DNA of 62,972 nucleotides, the filler included, from Octopus bimaculoides (taxonomy: Eukaryota), in the NCBI RefSeq assembly GCF_001194135.2. It is 4 parts of 4 records of this genome, joined end to end, with 100 filler letters (N's around TTAATTAATTAA, not from the genome) between each part and the next. Parts side by side here need not be neighbours in the genome. Positions count along the whole stretch, not along the records: positions 1 to 27,559 come from NC_068983.1; 3 more parts are not named here. One strand, 5' to 3'. A program made the position numbers and the translations under genes. This document shows positions 12,860 through 25,639 of this stretch, piece after piece. Every line of letters begins with the position of its first letter. Position 1 is the first letter of the stretch. Under the pieces are notes generated by a model. That model was not told the DNA's origin. It saw nothing but the letters and a program-made list of their open reading frames with translations, and did not search any database.

Positions 12860-13000
12860 GGGAAAATACTCTATCACGTGACCTTATTAGGGGCCGTGAT
12901 TGGTCAGTTTGCGTTCTGGCGGGAACGGTTCGAAGAAGTTGCCGCTTCGAATAATAATCAGTCACGTGATGACAAGGAAAGTGTTTTCCGCTACGCCCGC
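12860..13000. promoter_or_regulatory. Candidate CpG-rich promoter
   Basis: Within 110 bp of non-repeat DNA: TCACGTGAC (about 12875), GATTGG (reverse CCAAT, about 12898), TGGCGGGAA (E2F/Sp-like, about 12917) and GTCACGTGAT (12961-70). The adjacent 12.4-12.85 kb is CpG-rich and looks UTR- or exon-like. Confidence 0.45.
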
Positions 13001-13869
13001 GCTTGTTTATATTTAAATGAGAAGATTGTATGTAATGGCGATAGGTAGTTTCACTACAGGCCTATGACGTATAAATGACCGAGATCACGACACTACGCCC
13101 CTAAACTCAACGCCACTGGACTGGAGTAACGTGGAATAAAGTATTTTTGCTCAAGAATACAACGTACCACTCGGGACAGGAATCGAAATCACGATCTTGC
13201 GATCGTTTATGCAACACCATAACCACCAAGCCGCGTGCCTTCACTCTGCAGCCTTCGGTGTACTTCTTGTCAGATCTATATACCATTACTCTTATGTAAA
13301 TGGATCAGTTGAAGAGAGCAGACCTGTTTTGTTCAATAATTGGTATTGAGATTTATTGACTTCTATTGTGAAAGCCATTCCAACCTGAAATTGTTACTGT
13401 GTAAAGATAAATGGTAGTATCAGAAAATCACAATTTATTTCTTGGTGCAATTATGTTTTTCCTTAATACTCACGCCATGTAACAATGTCACCCACAATCA
13501 TGCGATCATGTGAATTGGTTCGTTGATTTCTTGTTCCATTGCAAAACCCATTTGCTTTACTTAAATTTCGCATTAGTTCTACTGTTAATACTGCACGTCT
13601 CTTTTACGAGACCAAAATATGGAAGTGAAGGACATGTCAACCACGGTTGTTAAGGAATTTCATTTAAAGAAAGGAAAACAACAGATATAATGAAAAATAT
13701 TCGTCATAGAATTTCTATGAAACGAATGAGAGAGTCAATCATGGTACTTATACGGAAAAGTACTCTGTTCTTCTATTGTAAAGAGAGCAGCGGAAATGAA
13801 AGAAAATACAAGTATTTGTTGTCTAATTTGGAAGTACAACATTTGATTTTTAGTAAATATCACCGTATG

Positions 13870-14462
13870 GAAGTACGTGACTTAGTGGTTAGGGGTGCTG
13901 CACTCATGGTCGTAAGATTGTAGTCTCAATTCCTGGATCGGGCGATGTGTCGTGTTCTTGAGCAAAACATTTCATTTCACGTTGCTCTAGTCCAGTCACC
14001 TGGCGAAAAATTAGCAATCTTGTGATGGATGAAGTGGCGTCCCGTCCACGGCCGCAGAGGAGGTGGCGGGGAGATATATTCGTCACAGAATCCGGGAATC
14101 CGGCATTCTGAGTCTATGTCTTGGAAAGGACCTTTGGTCCTCCTGAAATATCATCGAGCTCGTGCGCGTATTCGACGAGAGCATACACATATGTATGTAG
14201 TAACCTGCAAGCCAAATTAATTTTGGAGGCCAAGGTTAAAAGTTGACCCGCACCTATGCGTACATACAAACACACTTCGTAGTGGAGATTAGGTTGTGTT
14301 CTTGAGCAAAACACTTCATTTCACGTTGCTCCAGTCCACTCAGCTAGTAAAAATGAGTAACGCTGCGATGGACTGGCGTCTCGTCCAGCTGGGGAACACA
14401 TATGCCATAGAAACTGGGAAACCGGGCCCATGACACTGGCTAGGCTTTAAAAGGGCGCATTT
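13870..14462 (+). mobile_element. Two copies of a tRNA-derived SINE with gtgttcttgagcaaaacact core (family V)
   Basis: Head ttagtggttagggg...tcctgg at 13880; second core at 14294-14462. Relatives at 13105-13243(-), 28590-28830(+), 52590-52915(-) and 11685-11880(+, tail part). Confidence 0.75.
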
Positions 14463-14817
14463 ATTTATTATTATATCAAAGTGATGATGAAAGAATCACT
14501 GAGTAATTTTAAAAAGTGTGTAAATGAATTAAGTACGGGGTTGCATGAATTTGATCACATTCCTTGGAAGCAGCGTTTTAATATGGCCAGAATACGAGAA
14601 GTAGACGGAACATCATTCTACTTTGGCAAAATATATAAAAGCCTCATGACTAAAAACAAATAAGCCCATCACGTTCCATGCAAATTTCTCTTCGCATGCT
14701 TGAGTAGAAACATTCTGAATCCTTTCTGGTATTATTTAAGTAGCAAAAGATGATTGATAAAACACGTACTTCTGCAATCCGCCACTCTACCGAGAATCTG
14801 TGGCGAGAATCTTTTCT

Positions 14818-15723
14818 TTTCTTTTCTACTCTAGGCACAAGGCCTGAAATTTTGGAGGGAGGGGGTCAGTCAATTAGATCGACCCTAGTACGCAACTGGT
14901 ACTTAATTTATCTACCTCGAAAGGATAAAAGGCGAAGTCGACCTCGGCGGAATTCGAACTTAGAACGTAAAGACAGACGAAATACCGCTAAGCATTTCGC
15001 CCGGCGTACTATCGTTTCTTATTTCTTTATTGCCCACAAGGGGCTAAACATAGAGGGGACAAACAAAGACAGACAAAGGGATTAAGTCGATTACATCGAC
15101 CCCTGTGCATAACTGGTACTTAATTTATCGACCTCCAAAGGATGAAAGGCAAAGTCGACCTCGGCGGAATTTCAACTCAGAACGTAGCAGCAGACGAAAT
15201 ACCGCGGGTCTTTTTGGTTTGACGGGCAACACTTGTTTTCTTAACGAAGCACTTTCAAACTTGGGATACTGGTAGAATGTGTCATATAAAACATCTTTTT
15301 CTTTTAGCCTTCTTAACAAAAATTAGTTCTTAATAAGTTACTTCATGTTAAAGTTGTCGTATTTGTGTAATTTCAACCAATCACTGACGTCTATTGAGGT
15401 GAAAACTAAGCATTTTGCCTGGCGGCTAACGTTTCTGCCAGTTCGCCGCCTTCTAAAACGTCAATTTGGTCGGGGCCGCTTGCAACAACAGCAGCAAGAA
15501 AACAACATCCTTTTCTACTCTAGGCACAAGGCCCGAAATTTGCGAGGAGAGGGCCAGTCGATTAGATCGACTCTTGTACGTAACTGGTACTTAATTTATA
15601 GACTCCGAAGGGATGAAAGGCAAAGTCGACCTCGGCGGAATTTGAACTCAGAACGTAAAGACAGACGAAATACCGCTAAGCATTTCACCCGACATGCTAA
15701 CGTCTTTGCCAGCTCGCCGCCTT
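14818..15723 (-). mobile_element. Cluster of three tandem family M SINEs, the middle one split by an about 200-bp insert (15207-15405)
   Basis: Three repeats of gtcgat..gatcgacc...aactggtacttaatttat...ggcaaagtcgacctcggcggaatt...gaaataccg. The middle copy resumes at ctaagcatt (15406). Confidence 0.85.
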
Positions 15724-16683
15724 TGAGCTATGGCGAGAATGAAAGTATGTTTCTTGACATATTTAAGGAAATGTGAACATTAAAAAGTTAACAAGAAATA
15801 ATTATGCGTTAAGAGAAAAAACACATTTGTTATGACTGATATTTGTATTTCCACAGACGTTAACGTCGAACAAAATGTTTTACTGTATTTTTATAATGTT
15901 TTATGATCTGAATCAAAATCCCGCTGAAGTTAGCTTTACTAATTTCTCCTCATGGGGTGGATAAAATAAAGCATTAGTTAAATACTGGTATTAGTTTTAT
16001 CGTAATAGTACCTTCCCTCAAAATTTAAGGCAGTGTGCCACTATTAGAAATTAACGCTATTTTAATTCATAAGGATAATAATAGTTTAAAAGTTTATCAT
16101 TTTAAAGATATAAAGTGAAAAGAGCGAAGACGCGGATAAGTTTAATTAGATATGGCAGTCTAGTTAGCATCAAGAGAATAAAATTTAATATATTAAAACG
16201 GATTCTACAATTGTCTCAGATTTCACACCCAATTTTTCTCCTAGTTAACGGCAAGTTTATGTTAGAATATAAACTGAAATGATAAATTATCTCTCGAATT
16301 TAATAACTTCGTTGGTATCATTTCAACGCGGCGGCTTTCATTTGATTTCCCACCTGGCCTCTCTCTCTCTCTCTCTCTCTCTGCATACACACACACTCAT
16401 ACACACAAACACACTTGTATGTGAGTGTGTGTATTGCACGCGCGCTCGTGTGTGGCAAGCACAATTCCCGAACTATATTTAAGTTTTAATCTACTTTGGC
16501 ACAAATGGATGTAAGTGTAAATCTTTACTGTGTCTATATGTAAATACATAAATATATATGCTTATGCAAACCTGTATATATACGTGTATATGTATGCATA
16601 CATATATGTATCTGTATATTTCTACGTATCTATGTATTGTTTTCATCTGTTATCAGAAACAGTGTACTCAACGAAATATATAT

Positions 16684-17110
16684 ACCCCTACAAGACAATG
16701 TCGATGATCTAGAAGCTAACACAATGAAGAACATCCAGCAAATAGTTAACTTCATCCACCAGAGTATTAAAGTAACGACAGACTACCCTAACAAGCACCC
16801 GAACTATAGGCTACCAGTTTTAGATACGAAATTCTGACTGGAAAACTAGAACTGTAAGGTCTAGATCCTTCACCCCCATTATGCCAAACCTATGGCCTCT
16901 AAATACCAGGTCCACAAGAACACAATTATTGCGAACAACACCAAGTTCAATATTCTTACAGCAGACTTGGTGAGAGTGATGAGGAATGTGTCTTGCATGT
17001 GCGACCCTATGGAATTGGAAAAAAGACACATACAACACTTCATCCACTGCATGCGGTTTTTGCAATGTTTTAAATCTGACCACCAGAAACTGAACATTTA
17101 TAACGACTTT
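16684..17110 (+). mobile_element. Penelope-like element RT C-terminal fragment
   Basis: IQQIVNFIHQSIKVTTDYPNKHPNYRLPVLD...HYAKPMASKYQVHKNT...KFNILTADLVRVMRN, with in-frame stops. This resembles the PLE RT thumb region. Confidence 0.7.
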
Positions 17111-17149
17111 GATTAGTTAAACTGTATGCTATTCGTGTATAGAAAGAGT

Positions 17150-17610
17150 GTAGTACGAAAGTGAGAGAGAAAGAGAGAGAGTGTGTGTGAAAGAGACAGT
17201 GAGTGGTGACGGCGTTCGTTTTGTGTTTTTGAATGTTTCAGAGAGGAAGTAAGAGAGAAAGAGAGTGAGAGAGAGAGAGAGAGTGAGTGAAATAGACAGT
17301 GAGTGGTGACAGCGTTTGTTTTGTGTTTTATATGTTTCAGAGAGGACGTAAGAGAGAAAGAAAGAGAGTGAGAGAGAGAGAGAGAAAGAAAGAGAGTGAG
17401 AGAGAGAAAGAAAGAGAGTGAGAGAGAGAAAGAACGAGAGTGAGAGAGAGAAAGAAAGAGAGTGAGAGAGAGAAAGAAAGAGAGTGAGAGAGAGAGAAAG
17501 AAAGAGAGTGAAAGAGAGAAATAGAAAAAGCGAGAGAGAAAGAGAGAGAGAGTGAAAGAGACAGTGAGTGGTGACGGCGTTCATTTTGTGTTTTTAAATG
17601 TTTATCACAT
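17150..17610. repeat. Compound minisatellite: three copies of an about 50-bp unit (GACAGTGAGTGGTGAC.GCGTT..TTTTGTGTTTTT) separated by (GA)-rich arrays
   Basis: Units at about 17195, 17296 and 17560; spacers are AAAGAAAGAGAGTGAGAGAGAG repeats. Confidence 0.85.
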
Positions 17611-17816
17611 CCCAAGAGAAGTAGATACATAAATACATATACACATTGTTAAATCAAAAGCGGGAGAGAAGAGGGACACAAAGGAAGTGAAAGAGAGAGA
17701 GAGAGAAAGTGAGAGAGACAGTAGATACATAAATCCAAAGTAAAGTTCATACATAGATACATGCACACATCAAATATTGGATGTCAATTTCACTTTTCAT
17801 TACCACACGAGGATAA

Positions 17817-17935
17817 AATTAACTCACAAATGGCTGAGCACTCCACAGATATGCATAACATTAACGTAGTTCTCAGGGAGATTCCCCCTCACACAGAATA
17901 TGACAAGGCTGGCCTCTTTGAATTATAGCTACAAC
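17817..17935 (-). mobile_element. SINE family R fragment
   Basis: tggctgagcactccacaga...ttaacgtagttctc...gacaaggctggc matches the family R body. Confidence 0.75.
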
Positions 17936-19256
17936 TCGAGACATGTGTGTGTGTGTGTGTGTGTGTGTNNNNNNNNNNNNNNNNNNNNNNNNNNNNNNNN
18001 NNNNNNNNNNNNNNNNNNNNNNNNNNNNNNNNNNNNNNNNNNNNNNNNNNNNNNNNNNNNNNNNNNNNNNNNNNNNNNNNNNNNNNNNNNNNNNNNNNNN
18101 NNNNNNNNNNNNNNNNNNNNNNNNNNNNNNNNNNNNNNNNNNNNNNNNNNNNNNNNNNNNNNNNNNAGTTAAAACATGTCTGCAATAATAAGTGTCGCGT
18201 GGTGGAAATAAACGCAATTACCAAACTTTCATTCATAAATCCATTTATTATTTTATTCTTTTGCATTTTTAATTTGTTCATTAAGGTCCTTTCTATATGT
18301 ACAATGTATTTTAAGGTTAAATAGTAATTCCGTTTACGTTTGTGTAACTGAGATATTTTGGTTGAATTATATAGTCATTGGTGTTACATTACTTTCTGTA
18401 TTCTGTAACTGTCACAATATACTTTTCTAGGACTTAATTTTTTGTGGGGAGGGGCCAGTTGATTAGATCGACCCCAATACACAACTGATACTTAATTTAT
18501 CGACCCCGAAAGGACGAAAGGCAAAGTCGATCTCGGCCGAATTTGAACTCAGAACGTAAAGACAGACGGTCATAATATACAAACATTTCTCATGGCACCA
18601 GTACACTGTTTACAGATGCTTACATTTTCTATGTTTTCCGTGAATTTTTCACGGGTCAAACTAATAAATCATTATTTTATCGATCCTAATGGAAAGGGAA
18701 TCAAAGTAAAACTCAATGTGATTTGAACTACAACTTGAATATAGAAAACCCCTAGTTGGATTCTTACCGCTCTTCTAATTGCTATTGACGTTCTTGAGTG
18801 TTCTATTACCTTATCCAAGATACGAACTCACGACTTCAGCCATGGCTATGCAGTTAAGAACTTTGCTTTTCAGCTACGTGCCTTTGGATTCAATCTCACT
18901 GTGTGTGACTTTAGACGGATGTCATCTACTATAGCCTCGGGTCGATCTTAGCCTTATGAGCGAAATTTGATAAACTGAAATTGTGAGGAAATCCGTCAGA
19001 ATGACCTTTATTTTCTTGGCTGCTAGGCAATCAGTTGCCAACTACCAGCACCTTTAACCGAGCCCACTCTGAGGCAAGTATTTGAACCAGGCCTGTAATC
19101 TGAGAACAACTTTCTTCCTCTCACCCAGCCATGAAACAAAATTGATGGGGGAACACTCTGTCTTTTATTGTTACATATAGGATAACTAGGGCTACATCAT
19201 CCAATCTATCCTTCATTCTTTAAAAATGGTAGGGTGCAATTTGAGAGGCAGAGTGA

Positions 19257-19345
<89 letters not shown>

Positions 19346-19638
19346 CTACTATTTTTAACAATTCAAGTAATTGCATTGGCTCGATTTATATTAATTTTGA
19401 AAGGGAAATGAATTGAAGGATCGAACGAATAAGGTATTTTAATTACGTCTCTTTCCATTCTAAAAGTGTATATTTACGCCCTTGTTAGAGCAAGGTCACT
19501 AATTACTGGTACTTATCTTATTACGCTAAAAGCATTAATTGTGAAGTTAACACAAGAGGAGTTTCAGCTCAGAACATGAAGAGTATGAAATTACAAGGTT
19601 TTTAGAGTTTGTTATTTTACAGTTTCTACAATTCCTCC

Positions 19639-19707
<69 letters not shown>

Positions 19708-21824
19708 TCCTTCTCTCTCTATCTATAGTGATAATAATATTGCTAAGTATTGTTTCTACTGATTACTTTTTAATTATTACTATTAAACAAAGTGAAACTT
19801 TAGGGATTTTAATCAATTCCAGTATCGTAATATTTTTGCAGTAAGAGTAACATCGGCGCAACTAGTTTTCATGTGAATAGTAATTACATAAGAAACTAAA
19901 TATCGTTCCTGAAATAAACTCAACAACACCATTTACATTGTCATACTCACAAACTTGGCAACGATCCAACATTTTTTGCCCGAACACGTTTCCAGTAAGT
20001 ATTTAATGTTAACTGAGACAGAATATCAATTTAATTAAACCAACACATTCCTTTCTGAAATAAATGAATGTCAGTTTATTCTAATTTGGGCAGAAGACCA
20101 ATTTGTGTAAGGGACAGTGAACAGTCGAGGGAATCAACCTCGTATATTGCAAACATTTATTTTATAGGTGTAGCATTGAAATGCTGAGACTGGCGAGATT
20201 TTAACTGGGAATACCGGGATTCGACTCGAAACACATCTATATCATCTCGACAACTTAAACATCATATATATATATATATATANNNNNNNNNNNNNNNNNN
20301 NNNNNNNNNNNNNNNNNNNNNNNNNNNNNNNNNNNNNNNNNNNNNNNNNNNNNNNNNNNNNNNNNNNNNNNNNNNNNNNNNNNNNNNNNNNNNNNNNNNN
20401 NNNNNNNNNNNNNNNNNNNNNNNNNNNNNNNNNNNNNNNNNNNNNNNNNNNNNNNNNNNNNNNNNNNNNNNNNNNNNNNNNNNNNNNNNNNNNNNNNNNN
20501 NNNNNNNNNNNNNNNNNNNNNNNNNNNNNNNNNNNNNNNNNNNNNNNNNNNNNNNNNNNNNNNNNNNNNNNNNNNNNNNNNNNNNNNNNNNNNNNNNNNN
20601 NNNNNNNNNNNNNNNNNNNNNNNNNNNNNNNNNNNNNNNNNNNNNNNNNNNNNNNNNNNNNNNNNNNNNNNNNNNNNNNNNNNNNNNNNNNNNNNNNNNN
20701 NNNNNNNNNNNNNNNNNNNNNNNNNNNNNNNNNNNNNNNNNNNNNNNNNNNNNNNNNNNNNNNNNNNNNNNNNNNNNATATATATATAATACATACATAC
20801 ATACATACATGCATACAAGCATGTATATATATTAGGCATGGGGAGTGGTAATTTTCTAATAGAAGATAGGCATTTGCTTGTACATCATTTATAGATGCTT
20901 CAGAATTAAAAATGTAAGAGAAATAGTTTAAATAAGGAATCGAAGCAGCAGTGTTGAGAATAAAACAACTGGATTTAAGGCCGCAATCATAAATTTCTTA
21001 TTTAGACAAAACACCATAGATTTAAGAAGTGAGTGGATATTCAATTGATACAAAAAATTAATATTGATTTCAAATTTTGGTACAAGTCCAGCATGTTCGG
21101 AGGGGTGGGTAAGTCGATTATATTGACCCCAGTGCTCAGCTGGTACTTGTTTTATCAATCCTGAAAAAGTGAAAGGCAAAGATGACCTCAGTGGAATTTG
21201 AACTTTGAACGTAAAGATGAACGAAATGCAGCTAAGCATTTTGCCCGGCGCGGAAACGTTTTTGTCAGTTCGCCGCCTTACAGGAGAATTACTGTTGAAT
21301 GACATTTATTAACAATCTGAAGGACATAAGAGAACTAGCTTTGGTCTCGGACTTGACTGGACGTTAACTTACATTCTGCTCTATGGCGCTCATCATTCAT
21401 AATAACTTATAGATCATAATGTTAACAAAATTCCACCGCAACACGTTATACACAAACCAAACAGCAAAGGACCAGATAATAGTGAATAATGGAACTAATA
21501 TTTTTTTTTTTTTTTTTTTGTACGTGAAGAAAGACATTACTATTATCGAATTTAGAATGATGTTTTCTTTTCTGAAAATCCAAACATTTATAGCTAACGG
21601 TAGAGGAAAGCATTGGCGACATAAGTAAAGTGAACACGTTTTTAACTGGTAATGGAAGCATCTTACAAAATGAACTCCCCGGGAGATTATTTATTACTGT
21701 GGAAACTTTTCTGATCTCTGAAAGCTTACCCAATAATCTAAAACACTTATTACAAGTTATTTATAATTAAATTAATGGTTTATACTCTCAAATGCAGAAA
21801 GTATATCCAGAGTAAAGGCCACTC

Positions 21825-22065
21825 GACTGGTTGGCATAACATCACCTATAAACACACTCCAGCCTCTGTCCTACAAGCATGCTGACCCCTCTTGCCTTTA
21901 CTGCTGCTGCTGTAATGGTCTCTGTTCCTCAGATCTGGCTTGTCTTGTGCCAACTCCATCCAGGCACCCTCGTTCATTCGTTTCTCCTTCGTTCACAGCC
22001 CATTTATATCTAACTCCACTTTGGCCCCACACTCATTCCTACCTCCTTCCTCCAGAAAAATCGAC
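21825..22065 (+). mobile_element. Highly decayed CR1/L2-group LINE 3' ORF2 fragment
   Basis: Translation LQPLSYKHADPSCLY...NGLCSSDLACLVPTP resembles the LQPLSHRR..ASL..FY....G.CSSEL..LVP C-terminal motif of CR1/L2-type elements. Confidence 0.5.
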
Positions 22066-23858
22066 GCTTTTTAAATAGAACATTATCAGCATCAATATTG
22101 GTTTTAAATTTTGGCACAGAGCCAGCAATTTTGAGGGACGGGATAAGTCGATTACATCGACCCCCAGTGTTCAATTAACAATTATTTTATCAACCCCGAT
22201 TATCAGCTTCGGTATAACCTAGAATGGAAGGTCGGCGAAGATTAAGAGCACTGCCCTACCCCTCCAGATCTAGCAATTAAAAATATAAAATTAAAATATT
22301 TTCAAATGTAGTTTCTAGAGGTTGAGATTAAGATGTGAAATCATATTTTACCTGGATAATATTTCATAGCAAGCTACGCCCCGCCCCAGCAACGCTCGAA
22401 ATTGTTTTCAAAGTAATACAGTATGTATGTAATAAAATAGTTCTTTCTACAAATATTATTTATCTGTCAAAAATTTTGTCTCCTCTCTATTGTGACATTC
22501 ACTTCTATTATTCGAATGTCATGTATCTGTATGTGTGTGTGTGTGTGTGTGTGTGAAAATCTTTAAATATTTGTTCCTTGAATTCTAGATATGAAATTCT
22601 TCTCTACAGTCCTACTTCTCTTTCTTTCTGTTTATATGCATGCATGCATGTATGTATGTATGTATGTATGTATGTATGTATGTATGTATGTATGTGTGTG
22701 TATGCATGTATGTATGATGTGTGTGTGTATACGCGTGTGTGTATGTAGATATGAATGTGTGTATGTAGATATGAATGTATGTATGTATATAATATCACAG
22801 CCTTGTTCTAACTCAGTGTTGTGGTGCGCACTTTTACACACACGCGCAGACACACCTGATATATATGTATGTGTGTGTGGGTGTGCGCGCGCGTGAGTGT
22901 GTGTGGGGGCTGTTGTGTACGTGTGTACGTCTATGGGATTTGGTAGAAGCATTACTATTAGCTCTTGTGGTAAGGTAGGCTAAATATGAAATCTAAATGT
23001 GAAAGGTAATGTTCAAAACGTAAATTCAGTTGGGTTGATATATAACAAGATACCGGACATTCTTGCAATGTGCAAAAATAACAGCATAAGACAGCAGGTT
23101 TAACAGCATTCAGCTTAAATATAGAGTTTCCTAGATAATATGATAGGCCAGGAGCAAGTAAAAAAAAATGTATGCATGATTTCGAAAGCCTGAAATCTAT
23201 TTACCAGCAAATAATTCACCCCAGTTTTTTGAAGTCTACACACATACACACACACACGCACGCAGGCACGCACGCAGGCACGCAGGCGCGCACGTGCGCA
23301 CCCTACCCCCTATATATATGGCAAAAATCTACTGCACTTTATGCCATGTGATTTACCTTCTTGAGTGTAATTTAAAGTACATTTAAAGTTCAGTGGGGTT
23401 GCTCTTAACCTTTTTCAAGATAGAATTTACTTTTGTTACTACACTAAAGAAGATAACCCAAACGAAAGGATTTGTATGCGGTCTCACCATTCCCAAATGA
23501 ATGCAACAGTTTATTGCTAAACTTTTACGAAAATAAGTGTTTTAAAATGCTCAATAAAGAAAATGATACTCGTCACTTTCTTTTAAATAAAGTGTAGAAA
23601 TTAAATCATTGCTTGTATACCTGACTGAATATCTCACAGGGCCTCCAAATTGTTGAATCCTTCAGTAGTTACAGCATTGCTATTTGTTTCTAAATTAGAT
23701 GTGTCCATTGTATCAATTTCATTTATTGTTACTTCGACTTAAATAATAAAGTTTACAGTGTTTTTCAGGTCGTTTCAGGTCATGTTTTACCTAGTGAGCA
23801 GTTTCAAGTACATCTATCCTCGTTTATCACAGATGTTTAATTAAAAAAGACTCTGAGT

Positions 23859-23894
<36 letters not shown>

Positions 23895-23895
<1 letters not shown>

Positions 23896-24077
23896 AAGAA
23901 TGTACGAAAAAAAACAACAACAGACGAGGACAGGTGGTGTAAACAACAAAAGGATGTATTAGTTTGACGCTCGGGAATACAGAAAGTCTTTAACGTTTCG
24001 AGCTACGCTCTTCAACAGAAAGAATACGGAGAAAACAAGGAGAAAAACACGGAGAAAAAAAATTGAATGGTGTTTGG
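23895..24077 (-). mobile_element. Hammerhead-bearing non-autonomous repeat, family A
   Basis: Reverse complement of 52003-52123 and 1961-2051; inserted next to (TA)n. Confidence 0.75.
23987..24023 (-). ncRNA. Minimal hammerhead-like variant (core CUGUUGA)
   Basis: Minus strand TCTTT-CTGTTGA-A-GAGC GTA GCTC-GAAA-CGTT-AAAGA: perfect helices I and II and palindromic AACGTT. Confidence 0.62.
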
Positions 24078-24196
24078 NNNNNNNNNNNNNNNNNNNNNNN
24101 NNNNNNNNNNNNNNNNNNNNNNNNNNNNNNNNNNNNNNNNNNNNNNNNNNNNNNNNNNNNNNNNNNNNNNNNNNNNNNNNNNNNNNNTATATATAT

Positions 24197-24782
24197 AAAC
24201 ATAATTAAAGGATAAAATCATTAAAATTAATGAATTTTATCAATGGCTAGCATATAAAAATAACCTTTTAGGTAAAATACATATATAGAGATATATAATT
24301 GTATAGGATACAATTATACTTAAGGACATGTCAAATACATCCTGCCATTGCAAATCTTCACTATATATACACAGGTTGAAAACGGGAAAGCGGACTGATT
24401 TAAAATTAAAAAACAATTCAGATAGTTTTGGATTGATCAATTTCTGGATTAGTTTAAAAACTTTTCTTTCATCAGCAAAACATACTGGGTGAAATAAATG
24501 AAAATATTTATACATACCTACAGAAAAGCATACGCAAAATGCGAGTACATATAAATATTCACAAATATATATGCATCGAATTTTCTTAGTCCACCTCAAC
24601 ACGTGTGTGTTCGGTCAGAATAGTACAGAAGTGAATAAACTGACCCAAAGTGAATGGGATTCATTTGAACATAATTAAAGGATAAAATCAGTAAAATTAA
24701 TGAATTTTATCAATGGTCAGCATATAAAAAAACTAACCTTTTAGGTAAAATAGATATATAGAGATGTATAATTGTATAGGAT
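24197..24782. repeat. About 113-bp direct repeats (24197-24309 and 24668-24782) flanking an about 360-bp spacer
   Basis: acataattaaaggataaaatca..aaaattaatgaattttatcaatgg...gtataggat occurs twice. It abuts the family A hammerhead repeat across a gap. Confidence 0.85.
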
Positions 24783-24786
24783 CTTC

Positions 24787-25090
24787 TTGGCACTCCGTCG
24801 GTTACGACGACGAGGGTTCCAGTTGATCCGATCAATGGAACAGCCTGCTCATGAAATTAGCGTGCAAGTGGCTGAGCACTCCACAGACACGTGTACCCTT
24901 AACGTAGTTCTCGGAGAGATTCAGGGTGACACAAAGTGTGACAAGGCTGACCCTTTGAAATACAGGTACAAAAGAAACAGGAAGAAAGAGTGAGAGAAAG
25001 TTGTGGTGAAAGAGTACAGCAGGGTTCGCCACTATCCCCTGCTGGAACCTCGTGGAACTTTAGGTGTTTTCGCTCAATAAACACTCACAA
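24787..25090 (-). mobile_element. SINE family R, 3' part (cut by gap)
   Basis: Reverse complement of about 3990-4294. Confidence 0.88.
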
Positions 25091-25547
25091 NNNNNNNNNN
25101 NNNNNNNNNNNNNNNNNNNNNNNNNNNNNNNNNNNNNNNNNNNNNNNNNNNNNNNNNNNNNNNNNNNNNNNNNNNNNNNNNNNNNNNNNNNNNNNNNNNN
25201 NNNNNNNNNNNNNNNNNNNNNNNNNNNNNNNNNNNNNNNNNNNNNNNNNNNNNNNNNNNNNNNNNNNNNNNNNNNNNNNNNNNNNNNNNNNNNNNNNNNN
25301 NNNNNNNNNNNNNNNNNNNNNNNNNNNNNNNNNNNNNNNNNNNNNNNNNNNNNNNNNNNNNNNNNNNNNNNNNNNNNNNNNNNNNNNNNNNNNNNNNNNN
25401 NNNNNNNNNNNNNNNNNNNNNNNNNNNNNNNNNNNNNNNNNNNNNNNNNNNNNNNNNNNNNNNNNNNNNNNNNNNNNNNNNNNNNNNNNNNNNNNNNNNN
25501 NNNNNNNNNNNNNNNNNNNNNNNNNNNNNNNNNNNNNNTCTCTCTCT

Positions 25548-25639
<92 letters not shown>

